IMG/VR virus record: IMGVR_UViG_3300012007_000011
Span: 64,155 to 127,383 of that record
Length of the DNA: 63,229 nucleotides
Strand: one strand, 5' to 3'
Origin: a virus
Taxonomy: Duplodnaviria > Heunggongvirae > Uroviricota > Caudoviricetes
The translations under genes and the position numbers were made by a program. Within the stretch, counting starts at the first letter, position 1, and each line of letters starts with the position of its first letter. This document shows positions 20,370 to 28,933 of the stretch, in pieces. The notes beneath the pieces were generated by a model. It did no database searches, had not been told where the DNA came from, and worked only from the letters and a program-made list of their open reading frames with translations.

Positions 20370-22526
20370 TTACATATTTAATATTGCATCATGATAAAAT
20401 TTCTCATTACGGCCTGTAATTTTGACAGTATCTGACACTTTGTCATATATTTCTTTCATTTTATCTTTTGGCATTGCTGAATTTTCGCACAAATATATTG
20501 CGCTTTCTTTCAACATTTTCTTCCATTCTTCTGCTTGCAATGTGTGAAATACTTCCAACTCAGACTGTTCAATAATATCACGAATTTCCTTATTAATGTA
20601 ATTTTGATTATCTTCATTAAGCAAAAATCCAAAGTTGTCATCCGGTGCATCAGTATTAGTGGTAACGCTTGTATTATTTCCCATTCCAAACCTTCTTACC
20701 AATCTTGAAGCAAGTTGTGTTGCACGATACAAATCATTTGAAGCACCGCTTGTCATTTGTTCGCCAAATACAACCTTTTCTGCAACATAGCCACCTAAAA
20801 GAACTTGTATTTCATTAAGCATATCTTTTTTGGAAATCTTCCTTTTGGAATTATCAATGTCTTCCATCATAAAACCACCGGTATTAGTATCCGTAGTTCT
20901 TGAAACAAGTTTTTCTGGCAATTTGTTAAACAACTTGGCGTACATAACAAAATGTCCACTCTCATGCAAAGCACATAATGCTTGTTCCTCATCATTAATG
21001 TCACTGTCTCTAAGTTTCTTTAACCTTAACTTAATTTCAAATTTAATATCACTGATAGCAAACCCATGTATATCATACAAATTTATAACAATTAAGTTTG
21101 TCTCATCATTGAATGTGTATTGAATTTTGTAAACTCTATCTTTAAGATTATTTTCACAAATATACCTTATAATATTTGGAAACCTACTCTTAACAATTTC
21201 GTGTACTGTTGAAAATATTGGTCTTGTCCCATGAGTAGGATATACACCCTCTTCATATATAATTTTCTTAATTGTATCATCAAATGACAATTCATATCCA
21301 CTTAATTCAAAAGCCTCTTTCTTATAAGCATTAAGCGATAAATCTATGATATCCTTAAAGTTTTGTTCAGAAAAAGACGGATAAATAACATGAATATTTC
21401 CCAAACGAGCAATCTGTTCATTTCTGAAACGTCTTTTTAGTGCATCCTTAATATCAACAATACTTATTTTTTCTGTTATTTTCCTAAATTGGTCAGGTGA
21501 CATATCAGGATTTACATTGAAACTCATTTCATATGCTTCATCCAAATTACCTATAACAAATATAATACTGTCATTGAACTTTAAGTCATATCCCTTTCTT
21601 GCATTTTCATACACCAAAGAAATAAATTCCATCAATTCATCATAATTCATTTTTTCCAACTTATGATAAACTTCTATCTTATCAGAAATTTTACCTGTTG
21701 TTGTATCATATAAATCAATTATTTTTTCAAGATAATATTCTTTAATAAAAAATGGTAAAATAGTCTTTTCTTCATTTAAAATATCACCCTTTAATGATTG
21801 TTCTTCACCATTTTCAATAATATTTTGTTTTAATATTTTATTTTTGGGTGTTGTTTCCTTTATTTTATTTGTATCATATTCAAAATTAAACACTTCACTA
21901 AACTTCTGAATATCATATGGTTTAAAATATGACAAACATTCATCAGCGTTAACCCAAACACCATTTTTGATTTCCATTTGATTCTTTATGCTGATTTTAA
22001 CCATATACTCTATTACTTTAAGAGGCAATCTAACATTCCAAAACTCACCCCTTTTATGTAATAAACCACTATCCAATAACTCCCAAAATGGTTTTAAACC
22101 ACTCTTATTATCTCTTTCCTCACCTGTTTTTGGATTAATGGTTGCTGCATATTGGAACTCATCATATACAAACATACGATTGCTCTTTTCATTTGATAAT
22201 TCTTCTTCTATCTGATTCTCTATCTCCCAAGAAGAACTCTCACTTATGGAAGCAAAATTAAAATAAACATAATCTTTTTCAATATCAAGCAACTGTGAAA
22301 TTCTTTTAACTAAACTTGTTTTGCCAATACCAGACATTCCAAATAGATTGACAACCAACGGTCTAACTTGCAATTGTGGATATATGTACCAAGTACGTAC
22401 ATTGTCCATAATTTCATCAATCTGTTTATCTATACCAACAAATTCTTTTTTCAAAATAATGATAGCATTATCAACTATCTTATTCTTACTTTCAATTTCT
22501 TGAATATTTATTTTTTTGTTTACCAT
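20370..22526 (-). CDS. AAA+ ATPase fused to FtsH-like peptidase M41, no transmembrane segment
   Basis: Walker A GMSGIGKTS, Walker B MFVYDEF, HESGH, LLGGYVAE, GASNDL; start moved to MVNKKI. Confidence 0.8.
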   Translation of the reverse strand: MVNKKINIQEIESKNKIVDNAIIILKKEFVGIDKQIDEIMDNVRTWYIYPQLQVRPLVVNLFGMSGIGKTSLVKRISQLLDIEKDYVYFNFASISESSSWEIENQIEEELSNEKSNRMFVYDEFQYAATINPKTGEERDNKSGLKPFWELLDSGLLHKRGEFWNVRLPLKVIEYMVKISIKNQMEIKNGVWVNADECLSYFKPYDIQKFSEVFNFEYDTNKIKETTPKNKILKQNIIENGEEQSLKGDILNEEKTILPFFIKEYYLEKIIDLYDTTTGKISDKIEVYHKLEKMNYDELMEFISLVYENARKGYDLKFNDSIIFVIGNLDEAYEMSFNVNPDMSPDQFRKITEKISIVDIKDALKRRFRNEQIARLGNIHVIYPSFSEQNFKDIIDLSLNAYKKEAFELSGYELSFDDTIKKIIYEEGVYPTHGTRPIFSTVHEIVKSRFPNIIRYICENNLKDRVYKIQYTFNDETNLIVINLYDIHGFAISDIKFEIKLRLKKLRDSDINDEEQALCALHESGHFVMYAKLFNKLPEKLVSRTTDTNTGGFMMEDIDNSKRKISKKDMLNEIQVLLGGYVAEKVVFGEQMTSGASNDLYRATQLASRLVRRFGMGNNTSVTTNTDAPDDNFGFLLNEDNQNYINKEIRDIIEQSELEVFHTLQAEEWKKMLKESAIYLCENSAMPKDKMKEIYDKVSDTVKITGRNEKFYHDAILNM

Positions 22527-22589
22527 ATTCACTATTTTTATTATTACGTTTACAAATATAATACAATTTCTCAATATTACCAAAATTTG

Positions 22590-23597
22590 TCATCCATTTT
22601 TATCCGCCCAAAAACAATAAAGGCATTTGTTATTTTTAAGGTTTCCATAATGGTCCGTTTGAACCCACAAAATATTAGCATCACCATAAATTTCTTTCAA
22701 AATAATATTAGAATTTATATATTTTTTAAATCGTTTTTCAATCATATAAAATATGGTAAGATTGTTTTCAATAATTAAATTCTTTTTCTTTTTATCTCTT
22801 TCTATTGTGTCCACAAAACGATTAATGCCCCCAAAATGTTTAACTGGCTTAAAATGTTGTTCTCCTTGACATTCGATAACGATGTTATATTGTGGCAAAT
22901 AGAAATCCAAACTTTGTCTATTTAACCATTCAAAATAATCATTTTTAATCTGCCATTCAAATTCTATGTTTTTTTCTTTTAAAAAATCTTTTAATCCAAG
23001 TTCTAATTTAGATAAATGACATTTTGGGCATCCGTTACCCTGTAATATATTTGGAGGAGACATTAACCACTCATGACCACATTGTTTACATTTTACCATC
23101 ATTTTGACATTATAACCCAAATAAAGATTATCTTTTATTTCTATATTTGGGTTTTTCTTTATTTGCACTTGTTGAAAAAATTCTTCGGTTGTCAATTTAT
23201 TGCTAAGATTGACTTTTTTAATAGCGCACATTGGACAGCCACTGTGTTTATTTAAAAGATTGTTTGGTGTTGCTCTCCATTCATAACCACACACCTTACA
23301 ATGACACAAAACTTTTTTACAATTTTTTTCATATTCTTCCATTATTTTTATGTCCGGTGATATTTTTGCCATTTCTTTAACAAAACGTTCATTTGTTTTA
23401 ATGGTACCGGTACAATTAGGACAAGTTCTTTTTGAATTGACAATGTGATTTGGCGTTGAATACCATTCATAACCGCATTTTTTACATTTAAAAAGTGTCC
23501 TTTCATCCATACCATGATATTCTTCAAGTATTTCAACATCATCCCTAACAGAATTTAACAATTCCAAAAACTCTTTGTTTGTATATTTTCTTGCCAT
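22590..23597 (-). CDS. Zinc-ribbon repeat PD-(D/E)xK endonuclease (homing-type)
   Basis: Three CKxCGxEW...CPxC repeats, LDFYLP..IVIECQGEQH; start moved to MARKYTN. Confidence 0.75.
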   Translation of the reverse strand: MARKYTNKEFLELLNSVRDDVEILEEYHGMDERTLFKCKKCGYEWYSTPNHIVNSKRTCPNCTGTIKTNERFVKEMAKISPDIKIMEEYEKNCKKVLCHCKVCGYEWRATPNNLLNKHSGCPMCAIKKVNLSNKLTTEEFFQQVQIKKNPNIEIKDNLYLGYNVKMMVKCKQCGHEWLMSPPNILQGNGCPKCHLSKLELGLKDFLKEKNIEFEWQIKNDYFEWLNRQSLDFYLPQYNIVIECQGEQHFKPVKHFGGINRFVDTIERDKKKKNLIIENNLTIFYMIEKRFKKYINSNIILKEIYGDANILWVQTDHYGNLKNNKCLYCFWADKNG

Positions 23598-23662
23598 AAT
23601 AAAAAAAAAAAATATTTTCCATTTGCAATAAATATATTGTTTTTGGAAAAAAGTTAAAAAAT

Positions 23663-24409
23663 TTACCATTTTATATAACAATATTTACAACCATTTCCAC
23701 ATTTTTTCTTGAAACCTTCTTTAATTAATTCTTTTTTATTACTCGGACAACCACAATTACTTCTTTGCCCCTTATTACCAATAAGTTTTATCTTATCTGT
23801 TAAACCAAGTATATCAATATCTTTCTGAGACAAACAAGGAATACTCTCAATGTCAGGCTCGGCACATGCTTCAACATCAAAATGATATTGTAACCCAATA
23901 TCAACAAGTAAGTCATAAATATTTTTCCTAATTTCCAAAGGCGCATGAAATGTATCAAATGGTAACGCTATATTTTTCTCTTTAAAACGCTTTTTAACGT
24001 GGTCATACATGTCTAAAACAGAAAACCTAATCCTTTGTATTCCTGTATCAGAAAATAGTCTTAATACACCAAACATATGGTCAATTCCTTCTTCTGTTGG
24101 TATTATAGGGTCAATTCTCAATACGCATTGTTCAATAGGAAAACCTTTTTCCAATAACTGACCGAATTTTTTCCTTGTTGTCTCAGCAGACGGTACAAAA
24201 GGTTCTAACTCACTTCCTCCCCAACCTGTAACAGTAAGATGAAGTATTATCTTATCTTTGTTTTGCACCAGTTTGTCAATTAAAGCATTGGTCAATCTTT
24301 TAGTTATAATAATGTTTGCATTATATAATCTATCAAAAACATCAAGGTTAAAAGAAACCTCAGACGCTTCAGTAATTCCAACCATCTGTGACCTATCAAT
24401 CTTTTCCAT
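23663..24409 (-). CDS. DUF1848-like protein with C-terminal Cys cluster
   Basis: LHLTVTGWG, LRIDPIIP, QRSNCGC...CGNGCKYCY. Confidence 0.65.
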   Translation of the reverse strand: MEKIDRSQMVGITEASEVSFNLDVFDRLYNANIIITKRLTNALIDKLVQNKDKIILHLTVTGWGGSELEPFVPSAETTRKKFGQLLEKGFPIEQCVLRIDPIIPTEEGIDHMFGVLRLFSDTGIQRIRFSVLDMYDHVKKRFKEKNIALPFDTFHAPLEIRKNIYDLLVDIGLQYHFDVEACAEPDIESIPCLSQKDIDILGLTDKIKLIGNKGQRSNCGCPSNKKELIKEGFKKKCGNGCKYCYIKW

Positions 24410-24482
24410 ATTTTACATTAAATCTTTTACGTTTACAAATATAATACAAAAAATGCAAACAACAAAATATTGCTTGCATCAT

Positions 24483-24815
24483 TTAACCATTAAGAATTGA
24501 AGTTATATTAACATTTTTTGGTTTTATAATAACAGGTATTTTTCCCTTTTTTGAATCAATTAATAAAACCCCAATAATAACATTATCATTTTGTACTTCA
24601 CTTTCAATATATCTTTTGAAATCGTTAAGATTTACACCTTCAACTTTATCAAGTATCGCAAATTCAAGATTGTCAATGTCACTGTCATAGCCTAATTTAC
24701 TAAGATTATAAGTGTATCTCTCTTCATCTGCAAAATTATATATTGTAAATAACATATCCTTAAATGGTTTATCAAACATTTGTTTGGTTAAACCGTTAAA
24801 ACTTTTTAATAACAT
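24483..24815 (-). CDS. Hypothetical protein
   Basis: ORF. Confidence 0.55.
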   Translation of the reverse strand: MLLKSFNGLTKQMFDKPFKDMLFTIYNFADEERYTYNLSKLGYDSDIDNLEFAILDKVEGVNLNDFKRYIESEVQNDNVIIGVLLIDSKKGKIPVIIKPKNVNITSILNG

Positions 24816-24835
24816 TTTCTTTCTTTTTTATTTTC

Positions 24836-25120
24836 TTATTTTTCTTCCGGTACCTTTAGCAAAATTTCATTACCGTTTACTTTCATTTTCATTCTTTTGC
24901 TACTACAGACACCATTATTATCAACACTAACAACATACAAATCCCCATTTGGTGCTTTGCATACATTACTAAAACCATTTAATTCACTTATAGGAGTTTT
25001 TCCATCACCAACGAAAAATTCATTTGTATCATATCCATAAGCAAGTTCACCGTCAGAAGGTATAAACTTACTGCCACTTCCCTTATTATGTCCTCTTTTT
25101 ACAAAAACCTTCATTTCCAT
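24836..25120 (-). CDS. Small protein with Mtd-N/hyaluronidase-N-like motif
   Basis: PSDGELAYGYDTNEFFVGDGKTPISEL. Confidence 0.55.
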   Translation of the reverse strand: MEMKVFVKRGHNKGSGSKFIPSDGELAYGYDTNEFFVGDGKTPISELNGFSNVCKAPNGDLYVVSVDNNGVCSSKRMKMKVNGNEILLKVPEEK

Positions 25121-25156
25121 ATTAAATACATTTTAACTTTTTATATAAAAACAGAT

Positions 25157-25181
25157 AATACCAGCCGTTAAGGCTGGTATT
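25157..25181 (-). terminator. Hairpin terminator closing the Y-RNA triplet
   Basis: AATACCAGCC-gttaa-GGCTGGTATT. Confidence 0.6.
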
Positions 25182-25217
25182 CTTAATACATATTGGAACA
25201 AAATTATAAACCTAAAA

Positions 25218-25349
25218 ATGAGGGAAAATTATTAAGAGAGACAAACATGTAATAACATGCCGAATCGGAATCGAACCGATAATCTAAAACTTAAAAGGTT
25301 TTTGCTTTATCCATTAAGCCATCGAAGTAACTCTTAAACCGCCACTCAT
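25218..25349 (-). ncRNA. Y-RNA-like element Y1 with tRNA-Lys(UUU)-like cargo
   Basis: AUGAG/CUCAU stem, UGGCGG loop, UUAAGAG/CUCUUAA stem, UUACUUCG, then D arm, AAAAC-CUUUUAA-GUUUU, T arm AUCGG-UUCGAUU-CCGAU. Confidence 0.7.
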
Positions 25350-25360
25350 GTATATTTTAA

Positions 25361-25496
25361 AAACCGAAGAATAATAAGAAGTCTAAAACTATAAATGTTT
25401 AAGTTGGACTTGAACCAACAATCTTAATTTCCCATAAATTACGTCTTTACCATTTTGACTATTAAACGAAGTAAGACTATCTTCCGCTATCGGTTT
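25361..25496 (-). ncRNA. Y-RNA-like element Y2 with tRNA-like cargo (UGG loop)
   Basis: AAACCGA/UCGGUUU, UAGCGG, AAGAUAGUCU/AGACUUCUU, UUACUUCG, D arm, UAAUU-UAUGGGA-AAUUA, GUUGG-UUCAAGU-CCAAC. Confidence 0.7.
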
Positions 25497-25517
25497 GTTT
25501 GTTTTTATTTATTAAAA

Positions 25518-25602
25518 ATCAGAGAAAAACATTCAGACTATAATCTAATACTATAAAAACCCATTCTTTATCATTCGAAGTAAGTCTGAAACCACTACTG
25601 AT
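25518..25602 (-). ncRNA. Y-RNA-like element Y3, minimal; identical to 33460-33544
   Basis: AUCAG/CUGAU, UAGUGG, UUCAGACU/AGUCUGAA, UUACUUCG, AU-rich loop. Confidence 0.7.
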
Positions 25603-25606
25603 TTCT

Positions 25607-25648
25607 TTTCATTTGCAAATATAATGCTTATTTTTGAAACTTCCAAAT
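25607..25648 (-). promoter_or_regulatory. Bacteroidota-type promoter driving Y3-Y2-Y1
   Basis: Nearly identical to the ompA promoter repeat (TTTG-N19-TATATTTG). Confidence 0.75.
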
Positions 25649-25712
25649 ATTTTTGAAGAAAAAATCAAAGAAATATATATTTTTAATAAAAATTAAGAGG
25701 AAATCGGCAACG

Positions 25713-25805
25713 TCAGTTTGTCAAATTCCCTCTCATTAACAATTCACCCTGTATTTCAAGTAATGAACGTAAATGTTTTTTAACATTATTAAAAATTTTC
25801 TTCAT
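25713..25805 (-). CDS. smORF, 30 aa
   Basis: MKKIFNNVKKHLRSLLEIQGELLMRGNLTN. Confidence 0.5.
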   Translation of the reverse strand: MKKIFNNVKKHLRSLLEIQGELLMRGNLTN

Positions 25806-25839
25806 AAAAATCGTTTTTAAATTAAACTTATTTTTTTTT

Positions 25840-25947
25840 TTAATCAACCTTATTAACATTATAAGGTATCATTCCTGTTGGCAAAAACGCATTGTTTAAA
25901 ATGGCGTTCTGCCATGTCTTGTTACAAAATTTTAAAATTTTCTTCAT
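25840..25947 (-). CDS. smORF, 35 aa
   Basis: MKKILKFCNKTWQNAILNNAFLPTGMIPYNVNKVD. Confidence 0.5.
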   Translation of the reverse strand: MKKILKFCNKTWQNAILNNAFLPTGMIPYNVNKVD

Positions 25948-25978
25948 AATATTTATCATCTTTAAAAGTTTAAAAAAG

Positions 25979-26077
25979 TTATTTTCCTAAATTGTTCAGA
26001 AATTTAAAAGTGTAATAAAGACTGCCACATATTGCAACAGTATATACACCCAATAAATACGCTATCTCAATTGTCAT
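25979..26077 (-). CDS. smORF, 32 aa, single transmembrane segment
   Basis: MTIEIAYLLGVYTVAICGSLYYTFKFLNNLGK. Confidence 0.5.
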   Translation of the reverse strand: MTIEIAYLLGVYTVAICGSLYYTFKFLNNLGK

Positions 26078-26268
26078 AATCATTATCTATTTAACAAAAT
26101 TATTTTCTAACAATTAGACAAAACTGAACTCATTAAGCCGATTTCCTCTTTAAATCTTTATAAACTTTATATATAAATAGTTCTGTGTTCGCACACAAAC
26201 AAGTTATAACGCTTGTTTTTAACAATTACAAGTAATTTTATGACATATATCAAGATGTTTTGAAAAAT

Positions 26269-26362
26269 AAGGTGGCTCAGGGCGCCTGTTTCTACTGATT
26301 TAAGCCTGATTAACTCAACAACAATCCTTTTAGTTTCTGTCTATAAATCCAGACACCACCTT
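26269..26362 (-). ncRNA. Candidate small structured RNA
   Basis: AAGGUGG/CCACCUU closing stem with inner UGUCU/AGACA and UCAGG/CCUGA hairpins. Confidence 0.35.
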
Positions 26363-26373
26363 AATATGTTATG

Positions 26374-26457
26374 CTCGCAGAGTGCGATTCGAACACACGG
26401 TAGCAATGCTACGGCAGTTTTGGAGACTGCTGGGTTAAACCACTCCCCCATCTGCGA
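26374..26457 (-). tRNA. tRNA with CCA (Trp) anticodon and long variable arm
   Basis: UCGCAGA/UCUGCGA, GCAGU-CUCCAAA-ACUGC, variable arm GUAGC-AUU-GCUAC, G73. Confidence 0.85.
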
Positions 26458-26463
26458 ATGTTT

Positions 26464-27180
26464 TTATAAACCTAAATATTTTTTTAATTCTTGTTTCTTT
26501 GTTGGTAAACCATAATGGGCAAACCATTTGGTTATTGCTTTGTCTGATACATTATATAACTTACCAACACCCCTAAAACTACCAACTTCTTTAAAAATTT
26601 CACACAACGTTTCTTTTGAAGGATGATTTTTAGACCATCTATTTTCTAAAAAAGTCAGCCATTTTTCTTTTTCTATGTGTTTTTTAGAAATATTATTAGA
26701 ATAAGTTGTTGTTTTCTCTTTATTAGCATTTTTACCCGCATATGTATCTGTTTGACTGTGGCAATTAGGACATAGTAATTGTAAATTTTCCAATCTATTG
26801 TCATGGTGATTACCATTAATGTGATGTAATTGCAATGATATTGGTTTTCCATGCCATTCTGATAACCCACATTCTGGATTTTCACATTTATATTTTTTAA
26901 TACCCTCTTTAATTAATCTTTCTTTGAGTCTATTTGTGCTTTTATATGAACTATTTTCCACTAAAATATCCTTTAAGTCCATTGGTGGATTATTTTTATT
27001 CCAATAAACTTTCTTATATGAAAAAACTAATTCAATGCCCAACTCTTTTGCTAAATTACGCACTTCCTTATAATCTTCACCACCAACATTTTTAATCCCC
27101 ATTCTATGACAAAGGTCTAACATATTAACACATTTGTCAGCATTCTCAATAAGTTTATCTATTGCGTATTCACGTTTCAT
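26464..27180 (-). CDS. HNH endonuclease (free-standing, homing-type)
   Basis: CENPECG..LQLHHINGNHHDNRLENLQLLCPNCHSQT; start moved to MKREYA. Confidence 0.9.
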   Translation of the reverse strand: MKREYAIDKLIENADKCVNMLDLCHRMGIKNVGGEDYKEVRNLAKELGIELVFSYKKVYWNKNNPPMDLKDILVENSSYKSTNRLKERLIKEGIKKYKCENPECGLSEWHGKPISLQLHHINGNHHDNRLENLQLLCPNCHSQTDTYAGKNANKEKTTTYSNNISKKHIEKEKWLTFLENRWSKNHPSKETLCEIFKEVGSFRGVGKLYNVSDKAITKWFAHYGLPTKKQELKKYLGL

Positions 27181-27284
27181 ATCTATAATCCTTTTTATTA
27201 TAAATATTACGTAAATTTCAAAAATCGAACTTATTTGGAAAATTATTTTGGTTCGATTTACCAATTAAAACTATCTATTTAAAA

Positions 27285-27545
27285 AGCCTACAAGTTGTCA
27301 TCTTATAGGCCAAACTTTCACAACGATGAAAGTAAAAAGTGGTTGGTTTACCTTTAGTCTCCACTTAAACCACAGAGAAATTTGAGACTGTCTATGTATT
27401 ACTTTTGTCACAGACAACAAATGTCGTTTATAACACCCAAACAACATTCAAAACGTTTCTTTTTAAGGATGCAAGAAAATAACCTCACTTTGTTTACAGA
27501 TAAAGTTACGAAATACATTATCCACGTCTTTCCGTGCTGTCAGAC
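27285..27545 (-). ncRNA. Candidate structured RNA or trailer downstream of tRNA-Ala, ending in a terminator
   Basis: Starts GUCUGACAGCACGGAAAGACGUG; ends GCCUAUAAG/CUUGUAGGC-UUUUU. Confidence 0.35.
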
Positions 27546-27547
27546 TG

Positions 27548-27620
27548 TGGACCGTATCGGATTCGAACCGCAAATCTTCCGTGCAAGGGAAGTGTGTTAG
27601 CCAATTACACCATACAGCCC
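27548..27620 (-). tRNA. tRNA-Ala(TGC)
   Basis: Cloverleaf, CU-UGC-AC loop, G3:U70. Confidence 0.9.
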
Positions 27621-27643
27621 ATTTAAACGAATATTAAGCCATG

Positions 27644-27717
27644 TACCCCCAGTAGGATTCAAACCTACAACTTTCAGATTAGAAGTCTGATACTCTATTC
27701 AGTTGAGTTATAGGGGC
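27644..27717 (-). tRNA. tRNA-Arg(TCT)
   Basis: UCAGA-CUUCUAA-UCUGA. Confidence 0.9.
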
Positions 27718-27719
27718 TT

Positions 27720-28679
27720 TTAATTAACACAATATAATTTGTCTATTTTTTCATTGTATCTATAAAATTTACATTTTAATTCATTTATTATTTGTTTCTG
27801 TCTTTTTATATCTTTCTCTTTCAATATGTTATTATAAACATCTTTATAATGTTTCGGTTCATCATATTCAAAAGCAATATTTAGTTGTTCATCATAACCA
27901 TCTAGAAAGAAGCCACAAACTTGTTTTTCTCCACCATTTTCTGCATGTATTAAATTCCATCCATTTTTACTATTCAAAAAATCAATATATTTGCATGCAT
28001 TCTTTGAATAGTGTTGTCCAAAATCTCCATTACCATTCTTTTTAATATATTCAATCATTTTTTCACGCAATATTTGTTTTGTTTCTTCTGTGTGTGGTTT
28101 GCCATTAATCTTGAATTTTCCGTCTTCAAAAGATTTTTTACGTGTTTCCGTTTGTTTCAATATTCTAACATCATCTTTTGCTGTTTTTCCTTTGTTCCAT
28201 ATTGTATGTCCGTTTGCATTTCCACCGTTTCCTTTCCGATTTGGACATTTTGTTCTATTTGGATTTTCACAACATGCTTCTTCGTGTATTGCTAAACAAC
28301 CAGGATTTTTTACTTTTTTTCCACAAAATCTACATGAATATTCTGATGTATCATTGTGAATATGTTCTCTGGCATTTTTTGTATTCTCAAGATTGGCAAT
28401 ATACTTCGGATTCTTTTTACAATATGTTACATGACCCCCCAATTTATATTTATTATCAAAAACTTTGCCACAATACTTACAAACATATTTTGGTTTTTCA
28501 TAACTGTAAAATTGTTTTGTTTTCTTATCTATAATTTGTATACCTAACTTAATAGCAATTTTCTTTATGTGACTTCCTCTTTTTATACCGTATAAATCGG
28601 CAATTGTTTGATAAGGAACTCTTTTTTCTATTAAGGCACGCAAATTATCTTTTTCGTTTTGCCAATTAATTCTATGCAT
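27720..28679 (-). CDS. Zinc-finger/NUMOD-type PD-(D/E)xK endonuclease (homing-type)
   Basis: CKYCGK/CRFCGK, IWNKGKT, KPHTEETKQ, FLDGYD..IAFEYDEPKH. Confidence 0.75.
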   Translation of the reverse strand: MHRINWQNEKDNLRALIEKRVPYQTIADLYGIKRGSHIKKIAIKLGIQIIDKKTKQFYSYEKPKYVCKYCGKVFDNKYKLGGHVTYCKKNPKYIANLENTKNAREHIHNDTSEYSCRFCGKKVKNPGCLAIHEEACCENPNRTKCPNRKGNGGNANGHTIWNKGKTAKDDVRILKQTETRKKSFEDGKFKINGKPHTEETKQILREKMIEYIKKNGNGDFGQHYSKNACKYIDFLNSKNGWNLIHAENGGEKQVCGFFLDGYDEQLNIAFEYDEPKHYKDVYNNILKEKDIKRQKQIINELKCKFYRYNEKIDKLYCVN

Positions 28680-28755
28680 ATTAATAACTATATTTCCTAT
28701 TTATTTATAAATATCAACAATAAGTGTAAAATACATCTTTAATTCAAAAAAATTG

Positions 28756-28785
28756 ACCTTGTTCTATCCATTGAACTATCGGAAG
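28756..28785 (-). pseudogene. tRNA 5'-half remnant
   Basis: CUUCCGA UA GUUC AAUGGAUA GAAC AAGGUC with no T arm or 3' acceptor strand. Confidence 0.55.
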
Positions 28786-28933
28786 AAATTTTGTTTTCAG
28801 GCATGAAACAATAACCGGTTTTATATTCTCGCCATATTCCTTTAACGAGCAATTCGTATCTTTTCAGGGATTGCCACCTCTTGATATGTTACCACATCAA
28901 GTTGTACCTTTTATTATTAGGTAGGCACTGACC

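Larger units (their letters stand above)
25695..26150. repeat. Long-range inverted repeat enclosing three smORFs
   Basis: AAGAGGAAATCGGC (25695-25708) / GCCGATTTCCTCTT (26137-26150), plus CAGTTTGTC / GACAAAACTG inside. Confidence 0.85.

Noticed and set aside
26374-26457. tRNA-Sec or opal suppressor
   Set aside because: The anticodon is CCA, not UCA, and the fold is a standard 7/5 with a short D stem.
28800-28930. Possible group I intron fragment near the tRNA half (GGCAAUCCCUGA)
   Set aside because: Only one hairpin and a partial motif are present, with no 3' exon or catalytic core.
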